Source: Clostridia bacterium (lineage in GTDB: Bacteria; Bacillota; Clostridia; RUG12999). From it: DNA of 64,000 nucleotides. Below, one piece after another: positions 18,309 to 28,525 of the stretch (position 1 is its first letter; each line of letters begins with the position of its first letter). A model generated the notes under the pieces. That model was not told the origin of the DNA and made no database searches. It saw nothing but the letters and a program-made list of their open reading frames with translations. The stretch lies in NCBI GenBank assembly GCA_017396395.1, contig JAFQMF010000014.1, forward strand, positions 1,884 to 65,883, given 5' to 3'. The position numbers and the translations under genes were made by a program.

Positions 18309-19001
18309 ATGAAATATTCAGCGGAAGTTGAAGCTATGTGTCCTCTTGCTAAGGGCGCATATCATGGTCCTGCACCTATCCCACAGGAAGGCAAATGGAC
18401 ACAGGTAAAAGAAATTAAAGACATTTCCGGTCTTACACATGGTATTGGCTGGTGTGCACCTCAGCAGGGTACTTGTAAGCTTACCTTAAATATTAAGGAA
18501 GGTATTATTCAGGAGGCTCTTGTTGAAACAATCGGTTGCTCAGGTATGACTCATTCAGCTGCTATGGCATCTGAAATCCTTGTAGGTAAAACCTTACTTG
18601 AAGCACTTAATACAGACCTTGTTTGTGACGCTATCAATACAGCTATGAGAGAACTTTTCCTTCAAATTGTATATGGTCGTTCACAGACTGCATTTTCCGA
18701 GGATGGTCTTCCTGTAGGTGCAGGTCTTGAAGACCTTGGTAAGGGACTTCGTTCTCAGGTTGGTACAACATATGCAACACTTAAAAAGGGTCCAAGATAT
18801 CTTGAACTTGCAGAGGGTTACATAACAAAGTGTGCTGTTGATAATGAAGGACAGATTATTGGTTACAAGTTTGTACACCTTGGCAAAATGATGGAAATGA
18901 TTACAAAGGGTATGGATGCAAACGAAGCTCTTGAAAAAGCAAGCGGACAATATGGTAGAGTTGATGATGCTGCAAAGCTTATTGACCCCAGACATGAATA
19001 A
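18309..19001 (+). CDS. IscU/NifU-N-like conserved protein, partner of GGGtGRT
   Basis: GWCAPQQG.CKL, ETIGCSGMTHSA and DLVCDAI show Cys spacing like NifU_N; adjacent to a GGGtGRT gene. Confidence 0.75.
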   Translation: MKYSAEVEAMCPLAKGAYHGPAPIPQEGKWTQVKEIKDISGLTHGIGWCAPQQGTCKLTLNIKEGIIQEALVETIGCSGMTHSAAMASEILVGKTLLEALNTDLVCDAINTAMRELFLQIVYGRSQTAFSEDGLPVGAGLEDLGKGLRSQVGTTYATLKKGPRYLELAEGYITKCAVDNEGQIIGYKFVHLGKMMEMITKGMDANEALEKASGQYGRVDDAAKLIDPRHE

Positions 19002-19022
19002 TCGAAAAGGAGGAATTTAAAA

Positions 19023-20021
19023 ATGGCTTTATTTGAAAGTTACGAAAGAAGAATAGATCAGATTAATGCTGAACTTGCAAAACATGGTATTTCCTCCATC
19101 GAGGAAGCTAAAAAAATCTGTGACGATAAGGGCATAGATGTATATAACATAGTAAAAGGTATTCAGCCTATCTGCTTTGAAAACGCATGTTGGGCATATA
19201 TCGTAGGTGCTGCAATCGCTATTAAGGATGGCTGCACAAAGGCTGCAGATGCTGCAGAAAAAATCGGTGTGGGACTTCAGTCCTTCTGTATTCCCGGCTC
19301 TGTTGCAGATGACAGAAAGGTTGGTATCGGTCACGGTAATCTTGGAGCGATGCTTCTTAGAGAGGATACAAAGTGCTTTGCTTTCCTTGCAGGTCACGAA
19401 TCTTTTGCTGCTGCTGAAGGTGCTATTGGTCTTGCAAGAAGTGCCAACAAGGCAAGAAAAGAAGACTTAAGAGTTATTCTTAACGGTCTTGGTAAGGACG
19501 CAGCTCAGATTATTTCAAGAATTAACGGATTTACTTATGTGCAGACTCAGTTTGATTACTACACAGGTGAAGTTACTGTTGTAAAAGAAATTGCTTACTC
19601 AAATGGGGAACGTTCAAAGGTTCGTTGCTATGGTGCTGATGATGTTAGAGAAGGTGTTGCTATTATGCACCTTGAAGGTGTTGACGTTTCCATTACAGGT
19701 AACTCCACCAACCCAACTCGTTTCCAGCATCCTGTTGCAGGTACATACAAAAAAGAATGTATCGAGCAGGGTAAGAAATACTTCTCTGTTGCATCAGGTG
19801 GTGGTACAGGACGTACACTTCATCCTGACAATATGGCAGCAGGCCCAGCTTCTTACGGTATGACAGATACAATGGGAAGAATGCACTCTGATGCTCAGTT
19901 TGCCGGTTCTTCTTCCGTTCCTGCTCACGTTGAAATGATGGGACTTATCGGTGCAGGTAACAACCCGATGGTAGGAATGACAGTTGCGGTTGCTGTTGCA
20001 ATCGAAGAAGCAATGAGATAA
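19023..20021 (+). CDS. GGGtGRT-family protein of unknown function
   Basis: Contains the family signature SGGGTGRTLHPDN. Confidence 0.92.
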   Translation: MALFESYERRIDQINAELAKHGISSIEEAKKICDDKGIDVYNIVKGIQPICFENACWAYIVGAAIAIKDGCTKAADAAEKIGVGLQSFCIPGSVADDRKVGIGHGNLGAMLLREDTKCFAFLAGHESFAAAEGAIGLARSANKARKEDLRVILNGLGKDAAQIISRINGFTYVQTQFDYYTGEVTVVKEIAYSNGERSKVRCYGADDVREGVAIMHLEGVDVSITGNSTNPTRFQHPVAGTYKKECIEQGKKYFSVASGGGTGRTLHPDNMAAGPASYGMTDTMGRMHSDAQFAGSSSVPAHVEMMGLIGAGNNPMVGMTVAVAVAIEEAMR

Positions 20022-20049
20022 CCCCTTTTTAATATAACGGTTAAAAAGA

Positions 20050-20079
20050 AAAAGCCAAGTGTATATACACTTGGCTTTT
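20050..20079. terminator. Bidirectional terminator
   Basis: AAAAGCCAAGTGTA-ta-TACACTTGGCTTTT. Confidence 0.85.
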
Positions 20080-20080
20080 G

Positions 20081-20686
20081 TTATATCCGCTGAAGTTCCA
20101 GCAGGGCATTATCTTTAATAATGCATTTACCGTGCTCCGATAGCATATATGGTAGAATAGTACCTTTTGTGTTTGTGGAAAATTCACTTATTTTTCCTGA
20201 AATTGCCTTATAGTAGCTTTCAAACTGAGGGGGAAGTGTAATATCCAAATAATACATATCCTGATATTCATATAATGTGTTATTTCCTTTTAAAAGCTTA
20301 GAGTAAAAGGGATAAATTCTGCCAAAACTGCAAATATCCTCAATATTATCAAACTCTGCTACAATACTAAGAAAAGTTTTACAACCTTGAGGCTGAAATT
20401 CCTTATCTTTTATTCTGTGAACAGAACGCTTTTCAGGGGCTATAGTCCTGCCTTGATTTTTTGTGACAAAAATTTCATAAACATTATTTTTACAAGGGCC
20501 TGCCTCTACAACTACCTGACAGTTGCGAAAGGAAATACCTGTTTCTTTTTCAGCCGCTCCTATAAGGTCCAGCATCATGGCATTATAATCAGGAATTTTG
20601 TTGCCGTAAAGGTTACTCCACTGAGTTATTTCACTGCTTTTAAGCTGAATTTTTATTCTATTTTCATTAATTTTTTTTATAATCAT
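20081..20686 (-). CDS. mecA: MecA-like ClpC adaptor protein
   Basis: N-terminal MIIKKINENRIKIQL; C-terminal F..IED, LY.Y...YYL and LSEHGKCIIKDNAL motifs. Confidence 0.75.
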   Translation of the reverse strand: MIIKKINENRIKIQLKSSEITQWSNLYGNKIPDYNAMMLDLIGAAEKETGISFRNCQVVVEAGPCKNNVYEIFVTKNQGRTIAPEKRSVHRIKDKEFQPQGCKTFLSIVAEFDNIEDICSFGRIYPFYSKLLKGNNTLYEYQDMYYLDITLPPQFESYYKAISGKISEFSTNTKGTILPYMLSEHGKCIIKDNALLELQRI

Positions 20687-20877
20687 ATATTTCTACTCCA
20701 AAAAATGTATGATACTATTATACCTTCATTTGCAAAAAAAAGCAATAGCAAAACATCAGTTTTTTTGTCTTTTATGTGTAAAATGGAAAAAACTCTTGTA
20801 ATATGCGTTTTTTTGTTGTATAATTATTACTATATAATAGGAACAATTATATCCATAAAGTTTAACGGAGGTGCCAT

Positions 20878-22200
20878 ATGGGCATTAAAACTTTCAAAGG
20901 CGGTATTCATCCAGGCTATATGAAAAAGCTTACAAAAAAATCTCCAATTATAAAACTTGAGGCAGGAAGACAGGTTGTAATTCCTCTTCAGCAGCATATA
21001 GGTAAAATATGTGACCCTCTTGTTAATAAGGGAGATTATGTAAAAGTAGGGCAGATAATAGGCGATGTAGATGCCTATGTTTCCTCACCTGTACATTCTT
21101 CTGTTTCTGGTACTGTTGTGGCAGTAGAACCAAGACTTTCCAATGGCGGTGTAGAGGTAAATTCTGTTGTTATTGAAAATGACGGTGAGTATATTGAGGA
21201 TGATACTTTAAATTTAAAGGGCAACTATGAGGAAATGTCCCGTGAGGAACTAATAGAAACTATCCGTAAGGCGGGTATTGTTGGTATGGGCGGTGCAGGC
21301 TTTCCTATGCACATTAAGCTTGACCCTAAGGATAGAAATATCAAATACATAATTCTAAACGGTGCAGAGTGTGAGCCTTATCTTTCTTCTGACCATCGTA
21401 CTATGATGGAACACGCTGATGAAATGATTTTTGGTATTAATGTTATGATGAAAATTTTAGGGGCAAGGCGTGCATTTATTGGCGTTGAAGATAACAAGCC
21501 TGATGTTATAGGACTGCTTCTAAAAAAAGGTCTGCCATATCAAATTGAAGTTGTTCCCCTTGAAACAAAATATCCTCAGGGCTCGGAAAAACATCTTATT
21601 AAAGCAATTACTGAAATTGAAGTGCCACATGGTAAGCTTCCCGCAGATGTGGGGGTGGTGGTAAATAATATTGATACCTGCATTTCCCTTTATAATGCTC
21701 TTGTACTTGGAAAACCCCTATATAGAAGAAGAGTTACGGTTTCAGGTAAAGCAGTTAAAAATCCAGGCGTATATGACGTTCCTGTAGGTATGAGCTTCCG
21801 TGAAGTATTTGAAGCGGCAGGGGGATTTACCAAAGATCCTAAGAAAATCATTATGGGAGGACCTATGATGGGTGCGGCACAGATTTCTCTTGATGTGCCG
21901 ATTGTAAAAACCACTTCCGGAATACTTGCATTTACCGAAAAAGAAGGAAGAGTGTATAAAGAAAGTCCTTGCCTTAAATGCGGAAAGTGCGTAGATGTTT
22001 GTCCTATGAACTTAATGCCGTATGTAATATCAAAAGCGGCAAGAAACGATGATATAGAAAAAGCGGCAAGGTATCATGCGTCAGACTGTATAGAATGTGG
22101 CTCATGTTCATATACCTGCCCATCACACAGATATTTGGTAGAGGGTATTCGCCTTGCTAAAACAAAGGTAACTGCCCTTGAAAAAAGTCAGAAAAGATAA
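20878..22200 (+). CDS. rnfC: Rnf electron transport complex subunit C
   Basis: FKGGIHP, GIVGMGGAGFP, NGAECEPY, GGPMMG and two CxxCxxCxxxCP motifs. Confidence 0.95.
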   Translation: MGIKTFKGGIHPGYMKKLTKKSPIIKLEAGRQVVIPLQQHIGKICDPLVNKGDYVKVGQIIGDVDAYVSSPVHSSVSGTVVAVEPRLSNGGVEVNSVVIENDGEYIEDDTLNLKGNYEEMSREELIETIRKAGIVGMGGAGFPMHIKLDPKDRNIKYIILNGAECEPYLSSDHRTMMEHADEMIFGINVMMKILGARRAFIGVEDNKPDVIGLLLKKGLPYQIEVVPLETKYPQGSEKHLIKAITEIEVPHGKLPADVGVVVNNIDTCISLYNALVLGKPLYRRRVTVSGKAVKNPGVYDVPVGMSFREVFEAAGGFTKDPKKIIMGGPMMGAAQISLDVPIVKTTSGILAFTEKEGRVYKESPCLKCGKCVDVCPMNLMPYVISKAARNDDIEKAARYHASDCIECGSCSYTCPSHRYLVEGIRLAKTKVTALEKSQKR

Positions 22201-22214
22201 AGGAGGAATACAAA

Positions 22215-23252
22215 GTGAATGAAAAATTTCAGGTGACCTCGTCACCGCATATACATAATGATTTCACAGTAAGAAGCATTATGCTGGATGTGGTAATTGC
22301 TCTTATTCCCGCTGGTCTTGCAGGTATATTTTACTTTGGTATTCACTCTCTTTGGGTAATACTTGCCAGTGTAATTTCCTGTGTTGTTTTTGAAACAATC
22401 TGGAATATTTTATTACATAAGAAAAATACGGTAGGGGACCTTAGTGCAGTTGTAACAGGACTTCTCCTTGCTTATAATATGCCACCTACAATTCCTGTAT
22501 GGATGGTAATTATTGGAGCATTATTTGCTATAATTATAGTAAAGCAGTTTTTTGGCGGTCTTGGACAGAACTTTATTAACCCTGCTCTTGGTGCAAGAGC
22601 CTTTATGCTTGCTTCCTGGGCAGGTGCTATGACTACCTGGGTTTCACCATCCCTTTTTGGTTCGGATGCTATGTCAAGTGCAACTCCTCTTTCTCTTTTA
22701 AAAGCAGGAGGAGAGGCATTACAAAATATGCCGGGAGTGCAGAAATTGTTTATGGGAGACGTTGGTGGATGTATCGGTGAAACTTCCGCTTGTCTTTTGA
22801 TCATTGGGGGTATTTACCTTGCTATGCGTGGTGTAATTAAATTACGCATACCTGTCAGTTTTATACTTACAGTTTCCGTATGTGCATTTTTATTTGCCGG
22901 CGGAAGTACCTTAGCAGAAAGATTGCAGTTTATGAGATGGCATACCTTTGCAGGAGGACTTTTTCTTGGTGCTATATTTATGGCAACAGATTATACCACC
23001 TCTCCCACAACTCCAAAGGGTGAACTTATTATGGGTATAGGCTGTGGACTTTTAACCTCTTTAATCAGACTTAAAGGGGGATATCCTGAAGGTGTAACCT
23101 ACGCTATCCTTATTATGAATATATTTACTCCTTTAATTGACCGTTATACAGTTCCTAAGCCTTTTGGCAGCAAATCAGGAAAAGAAAAGCTGGAAAAGAA
23201 GCTTATGAACTTTATAGCGAAAAAACAAGAAAAGAAGGAGGCTGCAAACTAA
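22215..23252 (+). CDS. rnfD: Rnf subunit D
   Basis: SSPH, KQFFGGLGQNFINPA, SATPL (FMN site) and FMATD motifs. Confidence 0.95.
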   Translation: MNEKFQVTSSPHIHNDFTVRSIMLDVVIALIPAGLAGIFYFGIHSLWVILASVISCVVFETIWNILLHKKNTVGDLSAVVTGLLLAYNMPPTIPVWMVIIGALFAIIIVKQFFGGLGQNFINPALGARAFMLASWAGAMTTWVSPSLFGSDAMSSATPLSLLKAGGEALQNMPGVQKLFMGDVGGCIGETSACLLIIGGIYLAMRGVIKLRIPVSFILTVSVCAFLFAGGSTLAERLQFMRWHTFAGGLFLGAIFMATDYTTSPTTPKGELIMGIGCGLLTSLIRLKGGYPEGVTYAILIMNIFTPLIDRYTVPKPFGSKSGKEKLEKKLMNFIAKKQEKKEAAN

Positions 23253-23950
23253 TGAATAACATTAAAGAGCCATTAAAGCTTGGAGGCATTTTAGGTGCTA
23301 TTGCGTTGGTGCTTGCCCTTCTTTTAGCCTTTGTAAATAATATAACAAAAGAAAGAATTGAAAAAGTAAATGCAGCAGCTTTGCAGCAGGGGCTTTTTGC
23401 AGTTATGGAAAACGCTGACCATTTTATTCCTATGGATGGTGTGGAGCTTGGAAACTCCTATGGAGTAAAAGTAGATGAAATGTACCTTGCAATGGATGCA
23501 AACGAGGATGTTATCGGTTACTGTGCTGTTGCAAAGCCTGGAGGTTATGCAGGAGAAATTGAAACTATTGTAGGTGTTGATTTATCCTTTAAAATTACAG
23601 GTGTAAATGTAACCTCAAATATGTCCGAAACTCCTGGTCTTGGTGCAAAAGCAACAGACAGTTCAAAGTTTACATATCAGTTTGCGGATAGACAATGGCA
23701 GGAAACTTCTCCCTTTGCAGTTACAAAGGATGGGGGAGATGTGGATGCCATAACAAGTGCTACAATTACCTCAAGAGCAGTAACAAACGGTGTTAATGCG
23801 GCTATTGAAGTTATGAACAACAACAGTATTTACGGCAGTTCAATTGCTGAAGGGGAAATTGTAGATGGAAAATATATTGTTCCAGCAAAGGAAAGAGAGC
23901 CTGAGGAAGGCGAGAACGCTGTAGAGGGGGAGGTAAGGGAAGATGAGTAA
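23252..23950 (+). CDS. rnfG: Rnf subunit G
   Basis: N-terminal TM helix, GYAGEI, ETPGLG and DAITSATITS FMN motif. Confidence 0.92.
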   Translation: MNNIKEPLKLGGILGAIALVLALLLAFVNNITKERIEKVNAAALQQGLFAVMENADHFIPMDGVELGNSYGVKVDEMYLAMDANEDVIGYCAVAKPGGYAGEIETIVGVDLSFKITGVNVTSNMSETPGLGAKATDSSKFTYQFADRQWQETSPFAVTKDGGDVDAITSATITSRAVTNGVNAAIEVMNNNSIYGSSIAEGEIVDGKYIVPAKEREPEEGENAVEGEVREDE

Positions 23951-24551
23951 AATGAAAACCTTTTTAAATGGTATTATTAATGAAAACCCATCTTTCGTTC
24001 AGTTACTTGGTATGTGTCCCCTTTTGGCAGTCAGTACATCTCTTAAAAATGCTGTAGGTATGGGACTTACAGCTACACTTGTGCTTATCTGTTCAAATGC
24101 GGTAATATCACTTCTTCGTAAGTTAATTCCGGGCAAAATCAGAATTGCTTCATATATTATAATTATTGCAGGTTTTGTAACTATGATACAGATGCTTTTA
24201 AAAGCGTATCTGCCTGAAATAAATAATGCACTTGGAGTATTTATTCCTTTGATAGTTGTAAACTGTATAATTTTAGCCAGAGCAGAAGCTTTTGCTTCCA
24301 AAAACGGAGTGCTTTTATCTATACTTGACGGTGCAGGTATGGGTCTTGGATTTACTCTTGGTCTTTCTGTTTTAGCAGTAATCCGTGAAATTTTAGGAGC
24401 AGGTCAAATATTTGGCTTTAACTTATTTGGTGAAAACTTTCAGGGTGTTACTATGCTGATTCTTGCACCGGGGGGATTTTTAACACTTGGTATTGTAATC
24501 GGTATTATTCAGCTTGTAAGAAGTAAAAAGAAGGAAGGGGGCAAAAAATGA
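23943..24551 (+). CDS. rnfE: Rnf subunit E
   Basis: ENP, LGMCPLLAV, IPLIVVNC and LAPGGF motifs. Confidence 0.93.
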   Translation: MSKMKTFLNGIINENPSFVQLLGMCPLLAVSTSLKNAVGMGLTATLVLICSNAVISLLRKLIPGKIRIASYIIIIAGFVTMIQMLLKAYLPEINNALGVFIPLIVVNCIILARAEAFASKNGVLLSILDGAGMGLGFTLGLSVLAVIREILGAGQIFGFNLFGENFQGVTMLILAPGGFLTLGIVIGIIQLVRSKKKEGGKK

Positions 24552-25129
24552 TGGGGAATTTATTTGTTATTGCCATTACTGCAATTCTAATGGAAAACTT
24601 TGTCCTTTCAAAGTTTTTGGGAATATGTCCTTTTCTTGGGGTTTCAAAAAAACTTAAAACTGCACTTGGTATGGGAGCAGCAGTTACTTTTGTAATTGTT
24701 CTTTCAGCGATTGTAACCTGGTGCGTGCAGAGATTTTTGCTTGTGCCTCTTAAACTTGAATATTTACAGACGATTGCTTTTATTCTTATAATAGCATCCC
24801 TTGTTCAGTTTGTGGAAATGGCACTTATGAAGCTTGTTCCGCCCTTATATGAATCACTTGGAATATATCTTCCTCTTATTACTACAAACTGTGCTGTGCT
24901 GGGTTCAGCAATTTTAATTCAGGATAACAATTACACCTTTATAGAAGGGGTTGTATATGCTTTTGCATCATCTATAGGCTTTATGCTTGCTATGGTTATG
25001 TTTGCAGGAGTGCGTGAACGTTTAGAGGATAGTGATATTCCGGAATTTTTAAAGGGATTTCCCATTACACTTATATCGGCATCCCTTTTATCACTGGCTT
25101 TTTTCGGATTTCAGGGACTAAAGTTTTAA
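24548..25129 (+). CDS. rnfA: Rnf subunit A
   Basis: FLGICPFLGVS and LGIYLPLITTNCAVLG motifs. Confidence 0.95.
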   Translation: MMGNLFVIAITAILMENFVLSKFLGICPFLGVSKKLKTALGMGAAVTFVIVLSAIVTWCVQRFLLVPLKLEYLQTIAFILIIASLVQFVEMALMKLVPPLYESLGIYLPLITTNCAVLGSAILIQDNNYTFIEGVVYAFASSIGFMLAMVMFAGVRERLEDSDIPEFLKGFPITLISASLLSLAFFGFQGLKF

Positions 25130-25141
25130 GGAGGGGCAGTT

Positions 25142-25933
25142 ATGATTAAAGCAATATTATTAGCTGCACTTGTGCTTGGAGGAATGGGAGTTCTTTTTGG
25201 CATTATTTTAGGAATTGCATCTAAAGTGTTTCATGTTGACAAAGATGAAAGAGTTGGCATGATACTTCAGGTACTTCCTTGTGCAAACTGCGGAGGCTGC
25301 GGATATGCAGGCTGTAGTGCTTATGCTGAGGCAGTTGTAAAGGGTACAGCATCTCCGTCAGGTTGTATTGTAGGCGGTGAAACCTGTGTTTCTAAAGTTG
25401 CTGATATTATGGGAGTGCAAGCGACAACTAAAGAAAAGAAGGTTGCCAGAGTTAAATGTGGAGGAAACTGCTTTGAAGCTCCCGCTAAATATGAGTATAT
25501 CGGTGTACAAAGTTGTGTGTCTGCTGCACGAATAGCAGGAGGACCCAAAAACTGTGAATACGGGTGTTTTGGTCTTGGCAGTTGTGCTAAAGTATGTCCC
25601 GCAGATGCAATTTCAATGAGTAACGGAATTGCATATGTAATAGAAAGCAAATGTGTTGCCTGCGGACTTTGTGTAAGTACTTGCCCCAGAAGAATAATTG
25701 AGCTTGTACCTGCATCTAAAGAATATACTGTAGTATGTAACTCAAAGGCTAAAGGTGCTAAGGTTACAAAAGTGTGTGATGTAGGCTGTATTGGATGTAA
25801 AATGTGTGAAAAGGCTTGTCCAAATGGTGCAATAACCGTAGAGGATAACCGTGCAAAAATTGATTATACTAAATGTACCAACTGTGGACTTTGCAGTGAA
25901 AAATGCCCCAGAAAGATTATAAAAAAGTTTTAA
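25142..25933 (+). CDS. rnfB: Rnf subunit B
   Basis: N-terminal TM helix, [10 protein letters not shown] and multiple ferredoxin motifs. Confidence 0.94.
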   Translation: MIKAILLAALVLGGMGVLFGIILGIASKVFHVDKDERVGMILQVLPCANCGGCGYAGCSAYAEAVVKGTASPSGCIVGGETCVSKVADIMGVQATTKEKKVARVKCGGNCFEAPAKYEYIGVQSCVSAARIAGGPKNCEYGCFGLGSCAKVCPADAISMSNGIAYVIESKCVACGLCVSTCPRRIIELVPASKEYTVVCNSKAKGAKVTKVCDVGCIGCKMCEKACPNGAITVEDNRAKIDYTKCTNCGLCSEKCPRKIIKKF

Positions 25934-25940
25934 TAAAAAC

Positions 25941-25966
25941 AAGCTGGAATAATATTATTCCAGCTT
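25941..25966 (+). terminator. Palindromic hairpin after the rnf operon
   Basis: AAGCTGGAATAATATTATTCCAGCTT followed by ATTTT. Confidence 0.6.
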
Positions 25967-25985
25967 ATTTTCAGGAAAGTAGTGA

Positions 25986-27221
25986 TTGAAAATTATGCCT
26001 GATGTAGTTGTAATTGGCGGTGGTGCCGCAGGAATGATGGCGGGTATATCTGCATCACGATGTGGACAGAAGGTTCTTATAATTGAACAAAATAAAATGC
26101 TGGGCAGAAAAATGAGGATAACAGGCAAGGGAAGATGTAATGTTACAAATATTGCTTCAACAGATGAAATGATGCAGTTTATTCCCAAAAACAACCGCTT
26201 TTTATTCAGTGCCTTTAAAAATTTTGACAATAACGACCTTATCCAAATGCTGGAAGATGAAGGAGTTAAACTTAAAACTGAACGAGGCGGAAGAGTTTTT
26301 CCTCAGTCTGACAAAGCTGTTGATATTGTAAATGGACTTAGGAGCATTTTAGCAAAATGTAAAGTAACTGTACTGATTGGGGATAAGGTAACGGAAGTAC
26401 TAACAGAAAATGGTCAGGTTACAGGAGTTAAGACAGATAAAGGACGGACGGTTCTTACAAAAAAGGTGATTATCTGCACAGGAGGAAAAAGCTATCCTTT
26501 AACAGGCTCGGACGGGTCAGGATACGCCCTTGCAAAAAGTCTGGGACACAATATAACTCCTATTAAACCAGCACTTATTCCTCTGGAAACAGCAGAAAAC
26601 TGGGTGACAGAGCTTCAGGGACTTTCTCTTAAAAATGTAGCAGTAACACTGGAAAAAGCTTCGGGCAAAAAAGTGTATGAAGATTTTGGAGAAATGATAT
26701 TTACTCATTTTGGCATATCAGGTCCTGTTGTTCTTAGTGCAAGCTGTCATATAAATGATAATGAAAAGTATATTTTCTCTATAGATTTAAAGCCTGCCCT
26801 TGATGAGAAACAGTTAGAGGACAGGGTTCTTAGGGATTTTAAAGAAAATATGAATAAAAACTTTGAAAATGCTCTTTCGGGATTGTTTCCCCAAAAGCTG
26901 ATACCTGTAATTGTAAAATTATCAGGGATTGATAATTATAAAAAAGTAAATGTAATAACAAAAGAGGAACGTAAAAAACTGTGTTATATTACGAAGAATC
27001 TTAGACTCACTATTATTGGTACAATACCTATTGAGGAAGCTATTGTAACAGATGGGGGAGTACAGGTTAAGGAGATTAATCCTTCTACTATGGAGTCAAA
27101 GATTGTAAAAGGTCTGTTTTTTGCAGGAGAAGTAATTGATATTGTAGCATACACAGGGGGATACAATCTGCAGATTGCCTTTTCAACAGGGTATCTTGCA
27201 GGAAAAAGCGGAAAGGAATAA
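25986..27221 (+). CDS. HI0933/YhiN-family flavoprotein
   Basis: GGGAAGM, ITGKGRCNVTN, GRVFP, TGGKSYP.TGS.G.GY and TGGYNLQ motifs. Confidence 0.9.
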   Translation: MKIMPDVVVIGGGAAGMMAGISASRCGQKVLIIEQNKMLGRKMRITGKGRCNVTNIASTDEMMQFIPKNNRFLFSAFKNFDNNDLIQMLEDEGVKLKTERGGRVFPQSDKAVDIVNGLRSILAKCKVTVLIGDKVTEVLTENGQVTGVKTDKGRTVLTKKVIICTGGKSYPLTGSDGSGYALAKSLGHNITPIKPALIPLETAENWVTELQGLSLKNVAVTLEKASGKKVYEDFGEMIFTHFGISGPVVLSASCHINDNEKYIFSIDLKPALDEKQLEDRVLRDFKENMNKNFENALSGLFPQKLIPVIVKLSGIDNYKKVNVITKEERKKLCYITKNLRLTIIGTIPIEEAIVTDGGVQVKEINPSTMESKIVKGLFFAGEVIDIVAYTGGYNLQIAFSTGYLAGKSGKE

Positions 27222-27225
27222 TAAA

Positions 27226-27882
27226 ATGATTAAAGCGTGTATTTTTGATATGGACGGAACAACAGTAAACACAATAAATTCCATTAGCTATTTTGCTAAT
27301 AATGCACTTAATAAATTTGGACTTGCTTCCATTCCTACTAATGAATATAAAATAATGGTAGGTAACGGAGCAAAGGTGCTTGTGCAGAGAATGATAGATT
27401 ATACAGGGGGTACTGAGGAAGTTTTTCAGCAGGTATTAAATGAATACAACACCACCTATGATAATGATTTTATGTACCTTACACAGGCGTATGAAGGTAT
27501 ATTACCACTTCTTGAAAACCTAAAAAAAGCGGGAATTAAAACTGCTATTGTATCTAATAAGCCTCACAGCACAGCCCTTAAGGTTTCGGATAAGCTCTTT
27601 GGAGATAAGCTGATTGATATTTGTACAGGAGCAAAAGACGGTGTGCCCTTAAAGCCTGATCCTTCTTCTGTAATAGAAACCTTAAAAGAGCTTAATGTTA
27701 CTCCTTTGGAATGTTTATATATAGGGGATACTGCTGTTGATATGAAAACAGGCAAAGCTGCTGGAATTTATACGATAGGAGTATTGTGGGGATTTCGCAG
27801 CGAGGAAGAAATGAGAAACGCAGGAGCTGATGTGATTGTGGAAAAACCTGAAGAAATTTTTAAAATAGCAACTGAAAAATAG
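27226..27882 (+). CDS. HAD-superfamily hydrolase (phosphoglycolate-phosphatase-like)
   Basis: FDMDGT, SNK, KPDP and YIGDTAVD motifs; start moved to ATG 27226 after AAGGA. Confidence 0.88.
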   Translation: MIKACIFDMDGTTVNTINSISYFANNALNKFGLASIPTNEYKIMVGNGAKVLVQRMIDYTGGTEEVFQQVLNEYNTTYDNDFMYLTQAYEGILPLLENLKKAGIKTAIVSNKPHSTALKVSDKLFGDKLIDICTGAKDGVPLKPDPSSVIETLKELNVTPLECLYIGDTAVDMKTGKAAGIYTIGVLWGFRSEEEMRNAGADVIVEKPEEIFKIATEK

Positions 27883-27903
27883 TACTTCATAATTTTTTTA
27901 AAA

Positions 27904-28416
27904 TTGGAGATTAATATGACAAGTAAAGAATATTATGAAAAAATATATAAAATACTGGGAGCTTATACTCCAATAATGGAAGATTGCGGAAAGCTATGCG
28001 GGTCAGCCTGTTGTGAGGGTGAAGAAGATACGGGAATGTATCTGTTTCCGGGAGAAAAGCACCTTTATAACAAAGAAAAAGGCTGGCTGAAAATAATAAA
28101 AAGTGATTTTGAGTACAGCGATGGGAAATTTGCAGATATTCTTGTGTGTAAATCTTCTTGCCCAAGGGACAAAAGACCTCTTTCCTGTCGTATTTTCCCT
28201 CTGCTTCCTTATGTAAACGAGTATGGTGAAGTATCGGTAAAGCTTGACCCAAGAGGGAAAAGTGTCTGCCCAATAGTTAAAGCAGATTTGATGGAAGAAT
28301 TGAATAGTGAATTTGTAAAAAGAGTACTTAAAATAGGCAAAATTATGATGCATAGCTGTGCAAATGCTGAATTTTTATTTAATCTTAGCAGGCTTACGGA
28401 TGAATATGATTTATAA
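27904..28416 (+). CDS. Cys-rich conserved hypothetical protein (YkgJ-like metal cluster)
   Basis: DCGKLCGSACC and C...C.R..RPLSCRIFP motifs; the real start is probably ATG 27916. Confidence 0.65.
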   Translation: MEINMTSKEYYEKIYKILGAYTPIMEDCGKLCGSACCEGEEDTGMYLFPGEKHLYNKEKGWLKIIKSDFEYSDGKFADILVCKSSCPRDKRPLSCRIFPLLPYVNEYGEVSVKLDPRGKSVCPIVKADLMEELNSEFVKRVLKIGKIMMHSCANAEFLFNLSRLTDEYDL

Positions 28417-28501
28417 ATAAGAATTTTCATGATATGGATTTTTAAAAATGAAAATGTGAAAATAATTGGGCGTAATTATATCAATTATAGGTTAATAAAT
28501 A

Positions 28502-28525
28502 AAAAGGCAGGGAAACCTGCCTTTT
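28502..28525. terminator. Terminator
   Basis: AAAAGGCAGG-gaaa-CCTGCCTTTT. Confidence 0.8.

Noticed and set aside
20387-20923. 178-aa plus-strand ORF
   Set aside because: It is antisense to the mecA-like gene and runs across the rnf promoter region with no recognisable motif; treated as a shadow ORF, like the other short ORFs nested in long genes.
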